In this document: piece by piece, positions 11,187-25,099 of the stretch
Position numbering within the stretch: position 1 is the first letter of the stretch
Layout: every line of letters begins with the position of its first letter
Assembly: GCF_030028105.1 (NCBI RefSeq)
Contig: NC_092379.1
Span: forward strand, 25,165,821-25,229,820
Direction of reading: 5' to 3'
DNA from: Mobula birostris
Taxonomy: Eukaryota
DNA: 64,000 nucleotides
The notes under the pieces: model-generated
The model's database searches: none
Told to the model about the DNA's origin: nothing
What the model saw: the letters and a program-made list of their open reading frames with translations, nothing else
Position numbers and translations under genes: made by a program

Positions 11187-14100
11187 CTCTCTTTCCTGGA
11201 CAAGCCAGTTATGGATGCAGAATGGGGATTTGAACATTCATCTTATGCATCTTAATTTTTTGATGAGGTCCCGTAATGATCTTGACGAATGTTTGACTAA
11301 AATTCATCTAGACAATATTCACAACTCTACCTTGCTCAATTACCATCGGCACCTTTACAAAAAAAAAAGGAAAAAACAAACAAACAAAAACAAAACGGTT
11401 GTTAGCAGGACATGATGGGCCTGCACAAACTACAGCAGGCTTTTATTAATCAGGAAACTGATATGTAGATGTTCTTAAATCATCTCCATATTAATTATCG
11501 TCTGTACCTTTTCCAGGAAAAGTGTCGGGATACATTGACATCAAACCTCTTCAAGATACCCAACACAACATTCTCATTTACTTCAAAATGTATGTTAATT
11601 ATCTCAGTACTATCATTCATATTCTCTACATTGTTCTCCTTGATCAGACGCAAGAACAGAGAAAACAAAACCTCTGAAATCAGATTCACGTTGTGGTTCT
11701 CTGAAATCTTTTGAAGTGATTATATAAAGGAAAGGGTTTTTTTTTGCAAACATGGGGATAATTCACGCAACAGAAAGTGGGGCTTTGCACTGGAGACGTT
11801 CCAAAAATAAATATTTTCGAGACATTTTGGAAGGGCAGATTTACATGATACAATGTGATCACATTGTTGGAGATCTTATTCTAATAATATCAACCTGAAT
11901 GGATTGTGTCTTCCGTTGGTCGGTCGCATTTAAATGGAGAGTTTTGGAATTTTAGTGTGCTTGATAAATGTTATTTTATGGCCCTGCGACATTTCTTGGA
12001 CATGGTCAAATGATTTTGACATTATATTCAGACATATCGATTACTGACACATTCCATGGAAAGATGTTGTGGAATTTTTATCTTAAGAATCAATGGTTCT
12101 GATTCATCTGGCGTGCTTAGGGGAGGGGTGCAGAATTGGAGTCCCTTTCTATTCCATCATTAATGTCACTTTCTTCCAGCTGACCCAATCGGCTATTCCA
12201 AGAACGACAATCAAATGAGTAAATGGGCACTCATTTTGTAGCAAAAAAAAAAAAAAGGTCTACCCAGGCTTAAAATGAGAGTGAGGGGAGATTTTAGAAC
12301 AGTTTCTACGTACACGCTGAGTGTGTTACCAGAGGTGATGAAGCGATAGCTGGGACATATCATATCAATACTCTTAACTCAATATTCTCCTGTTAATCGA
12401 AATCTCCATGTTTTCTTGATGAGGAATGGTCGCTGTAGGGAAGTATCCTGTCCGGTTCTACCTGACAATTTGAAAATAAATACAGACCACAGCATTCAGA
12501 CAGTTATTGTCGGGGATATGAATTTACCATATTGCCAGGGGGTCAGTATGCGAGTTGCGAGCTATTATGAGAACTTGAGACTTGGATTAGAACGAAGAAC
12601 AGCTGATGTTTCATGTCTGAATCCTATTTTTTCCCCCCAGCTCCCTGGTAATTCTGTGAAAGATAAACCCAGATTTGTAATTAATCTCGATGCTGCACCG
12701 CCTGATCAGTAGGACCATTTTCTGGCAGTATGTCAGACATGTTGCTGGGAGATGTTGATCTCATAATGTTCTTCTTCGTAACCAGTTATTTTCTGTCTCT
12801 GTGCAGTCGACCGGAAACAGTTTGTTTATCGTTCCTTGGGACACATAGGTGTTTCCTTTCAGTTGTTTCAGTAAAGTCAAATGTTGGACTCCGTCCACAG
12901 AAATTGAATAAGAGATGCAGATTACATGTGGACGGGAAAAGAAATTAAATGCAAAGTTCCAATAAGCGTCAATCCTTCCATGATGCATTTCGCCTGTAAT
13001 CGCATTAAACATGTGCAATATTGGTGAAAGTGTTAAACGATCAGTTTAAGTAGCATGGATGAATACAATATATGAAAAACTAGTTTATCTTTAACATTGT
13101 GTTGCTTTGCAAACTTAAAGGAAAGTCTTTCAAGCACATGTTGCACTATTGCCATGACTGAGGAAATGGAACACAAGATTAAAACTGCAGGCAGATTAAT
13201 CGTCTCTCCAAACTATTCCAACAATCAATTGATACCATCCAATTTAATTTGAGGTATCTTCCAAAATAAGTTGCCTATGCTGATTCCACATGCTGTATCA
13301 CACAACCATTCTGACCTTCTCTCATATAGATTATATAACTGCTTTACAAATGAACTTAAATTAATGGGTAAACAAAGTTTATTTTCAATTCTGTCGCACT
13401 CCCCATTTTACCGGTTTTCTGTCACAAGGATACCATATTTCACAGTCCTGTACAAATAGACGTTGACAATGTAACCGAACGGAAACAGTTGTGCATTCTG
13501 TGCTTAAAAAAAAAGTTGTTTCCAGCACAACCATCAGTGGAAGAATGCCTGCCAAGGCCATTCCTAACCAAAGTCTTCAAAATCTGCCCCGATAATCACA
13601 TGTTGCACTCAAAATACGCGTCGCAATGCTAGCCAAATTGATCGTTACGATTAAAAAAAAAAAAAAATCATGCTAGCATCCTGACATTGTCGGCTTCAGG
13701 CCGTTGTGTTTTAAGAGATGTGTGCTGGAACAGGAGCGAAATCAAGTATCAAATCAATAAGCATCTTCATAAAAGAGTGTGGTAAAAAGTTTATCCAGAA
13801 TGGTATCTGAAGGAGCTGGAATACGAATGAAATGCGTATGATCAGCCATGATTACATTCTAGGATGGGACAGCTCCGAAATGCAGTATGCTCTTCTTACT
13901 TTATTCTCCCTGCTTCGATGAAGTTCCCATTTAAACATTTAATAATTCATAATACATGCATATCACCGCATTTAAATCATGAATGTCGCCACACCGTGTG
14001 AGTAACGATATGGAACCATGTCATTAGGGAGAAAATGCCCGATATTATTTGTAAAAATCACGCAATGATTTTATTTTATTTCACGTTAGGTGATTTCAAT

Positions 14101-14454
14101 TTCTTGAGAAGGCAGTGCAAGACTGGTACCATATCTGCAAGGTACGTTATCTTGCAACAGCAGAAAAATATAGAAATAACATGCAGAAAATCCTGCAGGC
14201 AGTCAGCACCATGGAAATGATCAAACACATGAACGTTCATAACAATTTACCGGGTGCATCAGTCCACCTCTCCGCCGAACTCTTGCCTTTCATCGTTCAG
14301 TATGTAAAATTTGTTCGCCTTGGTGGCACTTTAAGATTAGATCCCGTATCAATTACCTCCCTTGTGATTTAAATTTCAACAAATCTTCATGTTGAACGCA
14401 TTGAGAGTTTCCTTCTCCACTTCCATCGAGATAGATGTCTAAAGTATCACATAG

Positions 14455-16668
14455 AAAACCATAGAAACCATAGAAAAAACTACTGCACAGAAACAGGCCT
14501 TTTGGCCCTTCTTGACTGTGCCGAACCATTTTCTGCCTAGTCCCACTGACCTGCTCACGGACCATATCCATCCATAGTCCTCCCATCCATGTATCTATCC
14601 AATTTATTCTTAAATGTTGGAAAAAAATGAACCCGCATTTACCACCTCGTCTGGCAGCTCATTCCATACTCAACCATTCTCTCTGTGAAGAATCCCCCAC
14701 CCCCCAATGTTCCCTTTAAACTTTTCCCTCCTCACCCTTAACCAATGTCCTTTGTTTTTTTTCTCTCCCTTTGCCTCAGTGGAAAAAGCCTGCTTGCATT
14801 CACTCTATCTATACCCATCATAATTGCATATACCTCTATCAAATCTCCCCTCATTCTTCTATGTTCCAGAGAATAAAGTCCTAACCTATTCAACCTTTCT
14901 CTGTAACTGAGTTACTCAGGTCCCGGCAACATCCTTGTAAACCTTCTCAGCACTCTTTCAACCATATTTATATCCTTCCTGTAATTTGGTGAACAAAACT
15001 GAACACAATACTCCGGATTCGGCCTCACCAATGCCTTATACAACCTCATCATAACATTCCAGCTCTTATACTCAACACTTTGATTAATAAAGGCCAACGT
15101 ATCAAAAGCTCTCTTTACAAACCTATCTACCTGTGACGCCACTTCTAGGGAATTTTGTATCTGTATTGCCAGATACCTCTTTTCTACTGCACTCCTCAGT
15201 GCCTTACCATTAAACCTGTATGTTCTACCTTGGTTTGTCCTTCCAACGTGCAATACCTGAGACTTGTCAGTATTAATCTCCATCCGCCATTTTTCAGCCC
15301 AGTTTTCCAGCTGGTGCAATTCCCTCTGCAGGCTCTGAAAACCTTCCCTCACTGTCTACTACACCTCCAATCTTTGTATCATCAGCAAATTTACCGCATC
15401 ATCATCCAGATCATTGATATGGATGGCAAATAACAATGGACCCAGCAATGAATCCTATGGCACACCACTAGTCACAGGCCTCCACTCGCAGAAACAATTC
15501 TCTACTACCATGTTTGGCTTCTTCCATTGAGCCAATGTCTAATCCAATTAACCACCTCACCATGTATACCTAGCGACTGAATTTTCCTAATTAACCTCCC
15601 ATGCGGGACCTTGTCAAAGGCCTTACTGAAGTCCATGTGGACAATATCCACTGCCTTCCCTTCATCCACTTTCCTGGTAACCTCCTCGAAAAACTCCAAT
15701 GGATTGGTCAAACATGACCTACCACGCACAAAGCCATGTTTTCTCTCCCGAATAAGTCCCTGTCTATCCAAATGCTTGTAGATTTTGTCTCTTAGTACTC
15801 CCTCCAATATCTTACCTTCTACCCGCGTTAAATTTACCGGCCTATAATTTCCAGGGTTACTTTTCGATCCTTTTTTAAACAACGGAACAACATGAGCCAC
15901 TCTCCATCCTCCGGCACCTCACCTGTAGCCAGCGGCATTTTAAATATTTCTGCCAGGGCTCCTGCAATTTCAACACTAGTCTCCTTCAAGGTCCGAGGGT
16001 ACACCCTGTCAGGTCCCTGGGACTTATCCACTTTAATTTTCCTCAAGACAGAAAGCACCTCCTCCTTTTCAATCTGTACAGTTTCCATGATCTCACTACT
16101 TGTTTCCCTTAATTCCATAGACTTCATACCAGTTTCCTTAGTAAATGCAGACGCCAAAAAAAAAAAAATATTTGATATCTCTTCCATTTCCTTTGCTTCC
16201 GCACATAGCCGACCACTCTGATCTTCAAAAGGACCAATTTTATCCCTACAATCCTTTTGCTCTTAATATACCTGTAAAAGCTCTTTGGATTATCCTTCAC
16301 TTTCACTACCAAGGCAACCTCATGTCTTCTTTTAGCCCTCCTGATTTCTTTCTTAAGCATTTTCTTGCATTTCTTATACTCCTCAAGCACCTTATTTACT
16401 CCCTGTTTCCTGTACATACCATACAACTCCCTCTTCTTCTTTATCAGAGTTGCAATATCCCTTGAGAACCAAGGTTCCTTATTCCTATTCACTTTGCCTT
16501 TAATCCTGACAGGAACATACAAACTCTGCACTCTAAAAAAAATGTCCTTTGAAGGCTTCCCACCTACCGATCACATCTTTGCCAGAGAACAACCTGTCCC
16601 AATCCACGCTTTTTAGATCCATTCTCCTTTCTTCAAATTTGGCCTTCTTCCAGTTCAGAACCTCAACC
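14455..16668 (-). mobile_element. 5'-truncated CR1 LINE, copy A (about 2.2 kb)
   Basis: RT ORF pieces 15505-15900 ([16 protein letters not shown]), 14912-15352 and 16124-16531; CATAGAAAC tail; close match to 56365-58592. Confidence 0.95.
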
Positions 16669-16960
16669 ATTCTGAACATCTCTTTGAAAGAAGATGGTTA
16701 ACTTCTTTGTTATCATCGGCGTCGTTTCGATGTGAAGCATCGCGCCTTTCTCTTGGAAAGTATCTGAAGAAAACTATTAACCGTATCTAGCCGCCAAAGG
16801 ATTGAACAATCCGACATATTTTATTTAGTTCATCACTCAGGAAGCCCCATGTGAGTGTCCACGTGATATAATCTTTAGTTCGTACACCAGGCCCGAAAAA
16901 CATACGGTAACCGACTGCACTGTCCCCAACAAAGCAACCCCGTGCCTTAAACATACTCAC

Positions 16961-17020
16961 CAGAATTCCCCGAAATATACCGAAACATACGATAAAGATA
17001 CCATACAGTTGCAGGTCCAT
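16961..17020 (-). pseudogene. orphan signal-peptide-like exon
   Basis: MDLQLYGIFIVCFGIFRGIL followed by a consensus GTGAGT donor (phase 0); CRE half-sites TGACGT (17030-17035) and TGACG (17069-17073) just upstream. Confidence 0.35.
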
Positions 17021-17459
17021 TGGCTGTCCTGACGTGAAATGAAATAAAATATTGCGCTCCTTATTAAATGACGCTGTGAAATCTACTCTGAATCTCGTCG
17101 ATAATCAGCACGCTGATATCCAGTCTGGCATTTGGAGAACATTTTGGTATATCCTTTCATATTATTGCTCAGCTTACTTCGCATTTATTTTTTATTTTAT
17201 TTATTGATAACATTTTAGTTGTTTTTCCTTTTAGTTAAAAAAAACACTATCCAATTCTCTACCATCTAACCAGCTTTTGCTGTGTGATACGCCCTCGCTT
17301 TAACTTTTACGTTAACTTTGATATCTGTTCTACAGGTGGTGTCATCTTTTCTTTAGAATGCATCTTCCTTCTTGGTATGTGTATATCCTGTCGCTTCCTA
17401 ATTCTTGCGTGAAATTACAGCCATTGCTGCTCTGCCGTCACACCCACCAGTGCTCTTTT

Positions 17460-17830
17460 CCAACCATTTCTGCCCAATTCCTCCGTATTGCCTGTGTAAT
17501 TCCCTTTACTGTACTGGAGTAATGATCAATAAGGCTTGAGCCTCTCATTCTCTAATTTAAGGATAATCTCTATAATATTATAATCATTTGCCCCGAAGAG
17601 CGATTTTACCTGTTATTTTCAAATCATTGCTGGTTCATAGCAGAACAGCCAATGCAGAATAGCTGATCATCTCGTGGGCTCAACAACAAGTTGCTCGAAA
17701 AAAAAAACACATCTTGTTGGCTCCCTTGAAATTCCTTTTCATTTAATTCAGAACCAACCTGATTTTCCAAATCTGCTGTCAGTATAATCTCCCCCATAAG
17801 CATTGTAATAATGTCCTTTGAATGGATTTT
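17460..17830 (-). mobile_element. decayed CR1 endonuclease-region fragment
   Basis: Similar to the CR1 endonuclease C-terminal region seen at 34700-35040. Confidence 0.45.
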
Positions 17831-17839
17831 CTATACAGT

Positions 17840-18870
17840 CACAGTCATAGTCATAGTCATACTTTATTGATCCCGGAGGAAATTGGTTTTCTTTACAGTT
17901 GCACTATAAATAATAAATAGTAATAAAAGCATAACTACTTAAATAGTAATATGTAATTAATGCCAGTAAATTATGAAATAAGTCCGGGACCAGCATATTG
18001 GCTCAGGGTGTCTAACCCTCCAAGGGAGGAGATTTAAAGTGTGGTGGCCACAGGCAGGAATGATTTCCTATAACGCTCTGTGTTGCATCTCGGTGGAATG
18101 AGTGTCTGGCTGAATGTACTCCTGTGCCCACCCAATATATCATGCAGTGGATGATAGACATTGTCCAAGATGGCAAGCAACGTGGACAGCATTCTCTTTT
18201 CAGACACCACGGACAGAGAGTCCAGTTTCATCCCCACAACATCACTGGCCCTGCGAATGAGTTTGTTGATTCTGTTTGTGTCTACTACCCTCAGCCTGCT
18301 GCCCCAGCACACAACAGCAAGTATGATAGCACTGGCCACCACAGACTCGTAGAACATCCTCAGCATCGTCCGGCAGATGTTAAAGGACCTCAGTCTCCCC
18401 AGGAAATAGAGACGGCTCTGACCCTTCTTGTAGACATCCTCAGTGTTCTTTGACCAGTCCAGTTTATTGTTAATTCGTATCCCCACTTATTTGCAATCCT
18501 CCACCATGTCCACACTGACCACCTGGATGGAAACAGGATTCACCGGTACTTTAGCTCTGCTTAGATCTACCACCAGCTCTTTAGTCTTTTTCAAATTAAG
18601 CTGCAGATAATTCTGCTCACACTATGTGACGATTTTTCCTACCGTAGCCCTGTACTCACCCTCATATACCTTGCTGATGCATCCAACTATGGCAGAGTCA
18701 TCCGCAAACTTCTGAAGATGACAAGTCGCTGTGCAGTAGTTGAAGTCCGAGTTGTAAATGGTGAAGAGAAAGGGGGACAAGACAGTCCTCTGTGGAACCA
18801 ATTCTGATTTGTAGGCAAAAGCCTTATGAACATTTACGGGTCTGTATGCAACTACTGTCAAAGACTTTTA
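17840..18870 (-). mobile_element. Rex1/Babar-like LINE 3' fragment
   Basis: ORFs 18622-18861 (PQRTVLSPFLFTIY...FADDSAIVG) and 18034-18486 (KKGQSRLYFLGRLRSF); (AGTCAT)n tail at 17845-17862. Confidence 0.85.
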
Positions 18871-19866
18871 ACCCTGCAGCTCGTCAGCTGTACGCACAAT
18901 GATTTACTAGCTCCTGAACTTTCTTACCTCTATGTAATCATTTAATTATACTTCATTCCGACAGGACATCGCTGCCCCCTTTTCTTCTTGCTCAGTGTTT
19001 CGATGCAATGCGTATCCTTAGGCATGAAGTTCCCAGTTATTATCTTTTAGTGATGCCTAGAACATCATAACAGCAAATCTGCAACAGTGCTGCAAGTTCA
19101 TCTACCTTATTCTGTATTCTGTATACTGCGCACATTCGAGTACAGCAACATCACCCTTTTCGATTTTGTCCATAATTTACACTGCACCTTCCTGGTTGAT
19201 TTCAAGTCAGTTAGCTCTCTTCAGCACTGTGGTTGTCCGCCATTCCTACAATATTTAGTCGACCTTAATCGCACGAAGCTCAAACTTTTGATTCTTATCT
19301 TTTTCAATGGACTATGATCATCTGTCTCCAGAATACCTACTCTAAATGTTCTTACACTGGGCATCCCATCGCCGAGCAACTCTAGTTGACACCACATAGT
19401 GAAGCATTAAGAAAACATACGTCGATGATATTATACCGCTACAGTTCAGGTGCAAACCGACCCTCTTGAAAGTGTGTCAACTTCGAAAGAAGAAAGTCTA
19501 ATAATCTTAATATCTTAAGTCACCCTTACATTACCAACTTCTGAGCCACGGATTAAACTTTATATTTTCCCCAGTTCTGGCCTCACTAGCACGTCGTACG
19601 TGTAAAAATCTTGAGATCACCAAGCCTGAGATTTTGCTCTTAACTTTGCACCTAAATCCCTGAAATAGCTACTCAGAACCTCGTCACTCATAAAGCCCAT
19701 GGTATTGATACCTACTGTACCTAGACAACGTCTTCTGGGCATTCAGGCTTCCACTTAAGAGTATCCCCGACCCATGCAACCAGCAGGATCCACGCTATTG
19801 GGGAAACGTTTTTGTTTTTCGTCCACTAAACCTACTGTCCGTAAACCTAAATGACGATTTCACTAT

Positions 19867-22800
19867 TGTTACGTACCCCGTAACTGGGTTAGCCAAACCA
19901 GCTGAAATGGATCACTCAGTTGGCGTCTGGATTACTGGAACTAAGAAAGTTTTATTAAAGAAATAAGCAACACAGTACTCTAATCAAAAGGATAATAAAT
20001 GCAACAGTTCAGTAATGATAAATACACATGTACACAGAGCTAGGATAACAGGATCAATCAAGCTTTATCGTCGTCTAGGGGTAAATGACCAGTTTCAAAG
20101 TGACGCAAAGTTCAGTTCACTTGAGTTCAGTTCAGTTCACAGTAAGCACTGCCGTGGGTGAGAGAGACAGAAAGCGAATGAATATTCAAAAACGGCTTCC
20201 ACACAGACCTTCGATATTCCTCGCTGTCAGCTTTCGGGCGACCCATTTGTAATGTCTTCTGAGGTCACCGACTGTGACCCCTCCGTTTCCAGATACGATC
20301 GTTTCTCTGCGGTGAACCTGGCACCCAGGCAAGGGCGGACACACACCAGGTTCCCGCCGATCGTTCCTTTCCACACTGTGTGTCTATGGCTTGGTCCCGC
20401 GAGCAGCCCTCCAAATACTCCCACCGACTTGTCGGAGACGCACCGCTTCCAGGGTCTCGTTACCTCAGGGTGTCCTGTGTGTCTTGCCTTAGCGAACCTG
20501 TCCATTTTTATCCCCCTGCTGGGGTATCGCCTGTCCATCACTTCAAACAGTTCAGGGTTCAAAGCGGAGCCGGTCTTGACAGCTCTCTCGTCTCTTCATT
20601 AACATCTCGAAATGCTGCTCCATTGTTTTCTTTATCTCTCTTTCTCCTGAAGGCAGGTGGCAGACCAACTGCTGATCCCACTGGTGCCAGCACAGGACAG
20701 TTAACATCTTAGTCTATGTGCACTTTCGTCACACCCCTCACCTTTAAGTATTTTTACCGGGGTAAAAATTACAAACATGAATACATCATTTGATACACAC
20801 AAATATACATCATCATCAGCCATTTGGTTAATACAGCGAAATTTAAGTTGTCAACACTTTGACAGACAGTCAGCCATTCACATTTTCTGTTCCTTTTATA
20901 TGTGTTACTAATAATGCCTCAAACCAGGCTCCAACTTAGTACACCTAATAGTGGCCAAAAACACTGATGAATTGCGATCAATGTAACCTCTCATTGGGTT
21001 TCCTCCCGGACGACATAACAAGGGTCGTCCCATTCCGACTTAGTTTGCTCTCGCAAGGGCTTAGTAGGAGTGGGAGGGGTAGTAACCGCAGAGTTATTGC
21101 AAAACTTTCTACAGTACCCCACCATCTCCAAGAGCCTTCTGAGGGCCCGCTTGTCTGTCGGGGTTGGGATGTCAGAGATAGCCCGCACTGTAGCTTGCAT
21201 CGCTGCCAGTTGCACCTGTGTTACCACAATTCCCAGATAAGTGACCTTCATGTGGCCGAAATCACTTTTTACAAGGTTCACTATCAGACTGGCTTCAGAC
21301 AGCTGTATTACATCGCCAATACACACCTCTGTGTTCGTCAGCCCTTTCGTCACTGAATTACTCATCCTATAAGGCTGTTGTTCACTAGGCAGACCTAGCA
21401 TAAGAAACACCACCCAACGTCCCAGTTCTTTGCATCGCCTCGGGACAATCAAACACACGTGTGCGAGCCGTTTAATTACTTCTCCTAAAGAGTCGCTTTG
21501 TTTGGGGATTAAGGGAGAGACCTTACCAGCAGAGCTGGCCAAAACAATAGCCTTCTCCCATCTGGTCGATACCATACTCATCTTTTCAAAATGTTTTTTT
21601 TTCCTTATCAGGGGTCCCTAGCTTCATTGATTTCCGCGCTAACACCGACTAGGTTTGTTAGCATATCAAAAGCCTGTGACCGTCTCAGTTCGCGTTTGCC
21701 ATAATCAATAACATCCTTCCTCCTGTGCAGCCGGTAAACCTCTTTCATGATTCCACCAACTGTTTCCTCCAGCTTCAAAATGTCCACCGAGGGGTACCTT
21801 GTGGACCAGGTTAAAAATCTCATCCCCATAACTCTTTTGCACCACACCCCATTCCTCATCTGCAGGTACGGTACTTGGTCTGCCTTTCTTCCTTAGCACT
21901 TCCTCCTCCACACAATAGCCTACTGGCTCCCTTCATAATTCTGCGTCAGAGAGAGCTGTCTCAGCCAAAACCATCAGCCCCTCGTCTCGCTCCTGCGCCT
22001 GCACAAATTCCTTCCTGGCTAATGCTAAGTCTGTCTCAGCTCCCTGACTACCTCTTGTTTCACTGCACTCCTTCTTTTCACTTTCTACCTCCTCCTGGTA
22101 CGTCTCAGCTAAATTTACTGCGGCAGTCCCGGGATGAACCTGTGAGTCCATGGGCGGGGCCTCAATGCTGTCAGGCTAACCTGTCAATCTCACGGCTGGG
22201 AACACGATTCCCCCAGCGAGGTCATTACCTAACAAGACTTCCACGCCTTTCATCGGTAATTCGGGCCTCACCCCGATCGTGACTAGCCCAGAGACCAGGT
22301 TGCTTTGTAGGTGTATCTGGAGCAAAGGGACTATCTCTGTCCCTTCTCCAATACCTTTGACACTGACCTCCCCAGTCTGGGTCTCTGACCTAAACTCTAA
22401 TACAATCTTCAATATCAATGACTGACACCCTCCCGTGTCTTTCCAGATCCGCACTGGAACTGGTTTTATCCCCTCCTTCACCGTCACCAATCCGGCGAGA
22501 TAAACTTTCCGCGCCCTTCCAGAACTTTAGCAGACCTGTCATCTCCTAGCGGTTCGTTTACCAGCTCGATACAGCCAGTCAACATCGCCGTTTTTCCTTT
22601 TCCCGTTTCCTTCTTTGGGGCAAAGCACCTGGACGCAAAGTGTCCGACTTTCCCACAATTATAACAGACGACCCCAGGAGACTTTCTACCAGACTGCTCC
22701 CGGACTACCTTATCCTTCTCACTAGACCCCGGCTTATTTTCTGACTTTTCTGGCGGAATCTCCCCGCCGTCCTGACTACCCTTCTGGTAGCCTTTATTCG

Positions 22801-24790
22801 GGGCAAACTTCCTTTTATGCGTCAATGCATACTCATCCGCTAACTTAGCAGTTGCGGCTAACGTGGCTGCCTCTTTCTCATCTAGGTAGGGTCTCATACC
22901 CTCAGGGACACAACCTTTAAACTGCTCAATCGGGATTAGCTGTAGCAGTCTGTCATAATCCCCGTTGACCCCTTTCGAGGCGGACCAACGCTCACAATAA
23001 GTCTGCAGCTCATGGGCAAACTCTAAATACGTGCGGTCCCACTGCTTCCTCGCATTCCGGAACCTCTGCCGGTATGCCTCCGGGACCAACTCATAAATCC
23101 TGAGGATGGCCTCTTTCACCACCTCATACCTCTGGGCATCTTCCGCGGACAAAGCTGAGTAAGCTTGTTGAGCTTTCCCTTTCAGTACACTCTGAAGCAA
23201 AACAGCCCACTTATCCCTCGGCCAGTCCTGACTTGTAGCAACTTTTTCGAAATGGAGAAAGTACCGATCCACATCGGTATCGTCAAATGGGGGAACCAGC
23301 CTAACTTCCTGGGTCGCCCGGAACCCGCCACCTTGGTTCGGCACGGGCCCCTGCTCTGCCCTTATCTTTAACTTCTCTGACTCAAATTCCCTTCCCCTCT
23401 GTTTCTCCTCTCGCTCCAACTGCCTTTGTTCTCGCTCCAACCGTTTCTCTCTCTGTTGTCCTTGTAACTGTCTCTCTCTCTCCTGCCTTTCTAACTCTCT
23501 TTCCTGCCTTTCTAACTGTTTCTCTTTTTCCTGCCTTTCTAACTGCCTCTCTTCGTGTTCTAACTGCCGTACCCGGACCTCGTGCTCGAGTCTCAGTTTT
23601 TCAATCTGTACCTGTACCGCGTCTCCATCAGGTTTTTCAATAGACACCACCTCCAGCTCCCCTTGGTGAAATACACCTTTAGATACATAGTGCTCTACGA
23701 TAGCTCTGTGCATCTCCTGTCTCCTCATTGTCGACTTCCCATTAACAAGATTCAACCGTTTGGCCACAGCTGCCAATTCCGCTTTCCTGGCATCCTCCAA
23801 TGCCTCCAAGGTCGGCGCCTTTAGAAATTCCTCAGCCTCCATTTCTGCTGTTTGTCTTTTCTTTCTTTCGGGAATTTTAACCCGATCAATTTACTCCGTC
23901 CCAAATTTAGCGTTCAAAATCGCAGACGAGAACCCGACTTATGTTACGTACCCCGTAACTGGGTTGCCAAACCACAGAAATGGATCACTCAGTTGGAGTC
24001 TGGATTACTGGAACTAAGAAAGTTTTATTAAAGAAATAAGCAACACAGTACTCTAATCAAAAGGATAATAAATGCAACAGTTCAGTAATGATAAATACAC
24101 ATGTACACAGAACGAGGATAACAGGATCAATCAAGCTCTATCGTCGTCTAGGGGTAAATGACCAGTTTCAAAGTGACGCAAAGTTCAGTTCAATTGAGTT
24201 CAGTTCAGTTCACAGTAATCACTGCCGTGGGAAAGAGAGAGAAAGCGAATGAATATTCAAAAAAACGGCTTCCACACAGACCTTCGATATTCCTCGCAGT
24301 CAGTTTTCGGGCGAGCCCTTTGTAATGTCTTCTGAGGTCACCGACTGTGACCCCTCTGTTCCTCTACAGTGATCCTGGCACCCAGGCAAGGGCGGACAAA
24401 CACCAGGTTCCCGCCGATCGTTCCTTTCCACCCTGTGCGTCTATGGCTTGGTCCCGCGAACCACCCACCAAAAACTCCCACCAACTTGTGGGAGACGCAC
24501 CGCTTCCAGGGTCTCGTTACCTCGGGGTGTCGTGTGTGTCTTGCCTTAGCGAACCTGTCCATTTTTATCTCCGTGCTAGGATATCGTCTGTCCATCACTT
24601 CAAACAGTTCTGGGTTCAAAGAATAGCCGGTCTTGACAACTCTCCCGTCTCTTCATTAACATCTCGAAATGCTGTTCCATTGTTTTCCTTATCTTCTTTC
24701 TCCTGAAGACAGGTGGCAGACCAACTGCTGATCCCACTGGTGCCAGCATAGGACAGTTAACATCTTCGTCTATGTTGTGCTTTCGTCAGA
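19867..24790 (-). mobile_element. Gmr1-like Gypsy LTR retrotransposon, pol partly deleted
   Basis: LTRs 19867-20733 and 23942-24790, TSD CTAT on both sides, degenerate tRNA-Pro PBS near 23920-23938, PPT at 20734, gag ORF, protease DTG motif (22176-22490), integrase His-His remnant (21705-21911) lying 5' of the RT remnant (20991-21581). Confidence 0.9.
22484..23842 (-). CDS. gag: Gag polyprotein (coiled coil, capsid/SCAN-like domain, CCHC zinc knuckle), 452 aa
   Basis: Open ORF; CYNCGKVGHFASRC knuckle; FEKVATSQDWPRDKWAVLLQ capsid motif. Confidence 0.85.
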   Translation of the reverse strand: MEAEEFLKAPTLEALEDARKAELAAVAKRLNLVNGKSTMRRQEMHRAIVEHYVSKGVFHQGELEVVSIEKPDGDAVQVQIEKLRLEHEVRVRQLEHEERQLERQEKEKQLERQERELERQERERQLQGQQREKRLEREQRQLEREEKQRGREFESEKLKIRAEQGPVPNQGGGFRATQEVRLVPPFDDTDVDRYFLHFEKVATSQDWPRDKWAVLLQSVLKGKAQQAYSALSAEDAQRYEVVKEAILRIYELVPEAYRQRFRNARKQWDRTYLEFAHELQTYCERWSASKGVNGDYDRLLQLIPIEQFKGCVPEGMRPYLDEKEAATLAATAKLADEYALTHKRKFAPNKGYQKGSQDGGEIPPEKSENKPGSSEKDKVVREQSGRKSPGVVCYNCGKVGHFASRCFAPKKETGKGKTAMLTGCIELVNEPLGDDRSAKVLEGRGKFISPDW

Positions 24791-25099
24791 CTATCAATAC
24801 TGCTTTTCTGTTCTCCCTCCTTCCTGCCTGAGACATAGAGGCAGACTCGTGATATAATTCCGAAAACTATGACTTTGCTCTGTTAGGACATCCAACTGAA
24901 CCTAATCCAAAGGGGAATTGCCAAAGGAGTACACTGCACTGGCTCCTTAACACCTTTACCTTCGTGAGTATCCACCAGTTTCCTGTGTCCTGCTCCGTGG
25001 ATATAATACCTTTTTAATTGTGCAACCCGCAAGCCCATCAGCATCCCGAATTGTCCGGAGTTCACCAGGCACAGTTGCATATTCTTACGGCTTCCTAAT

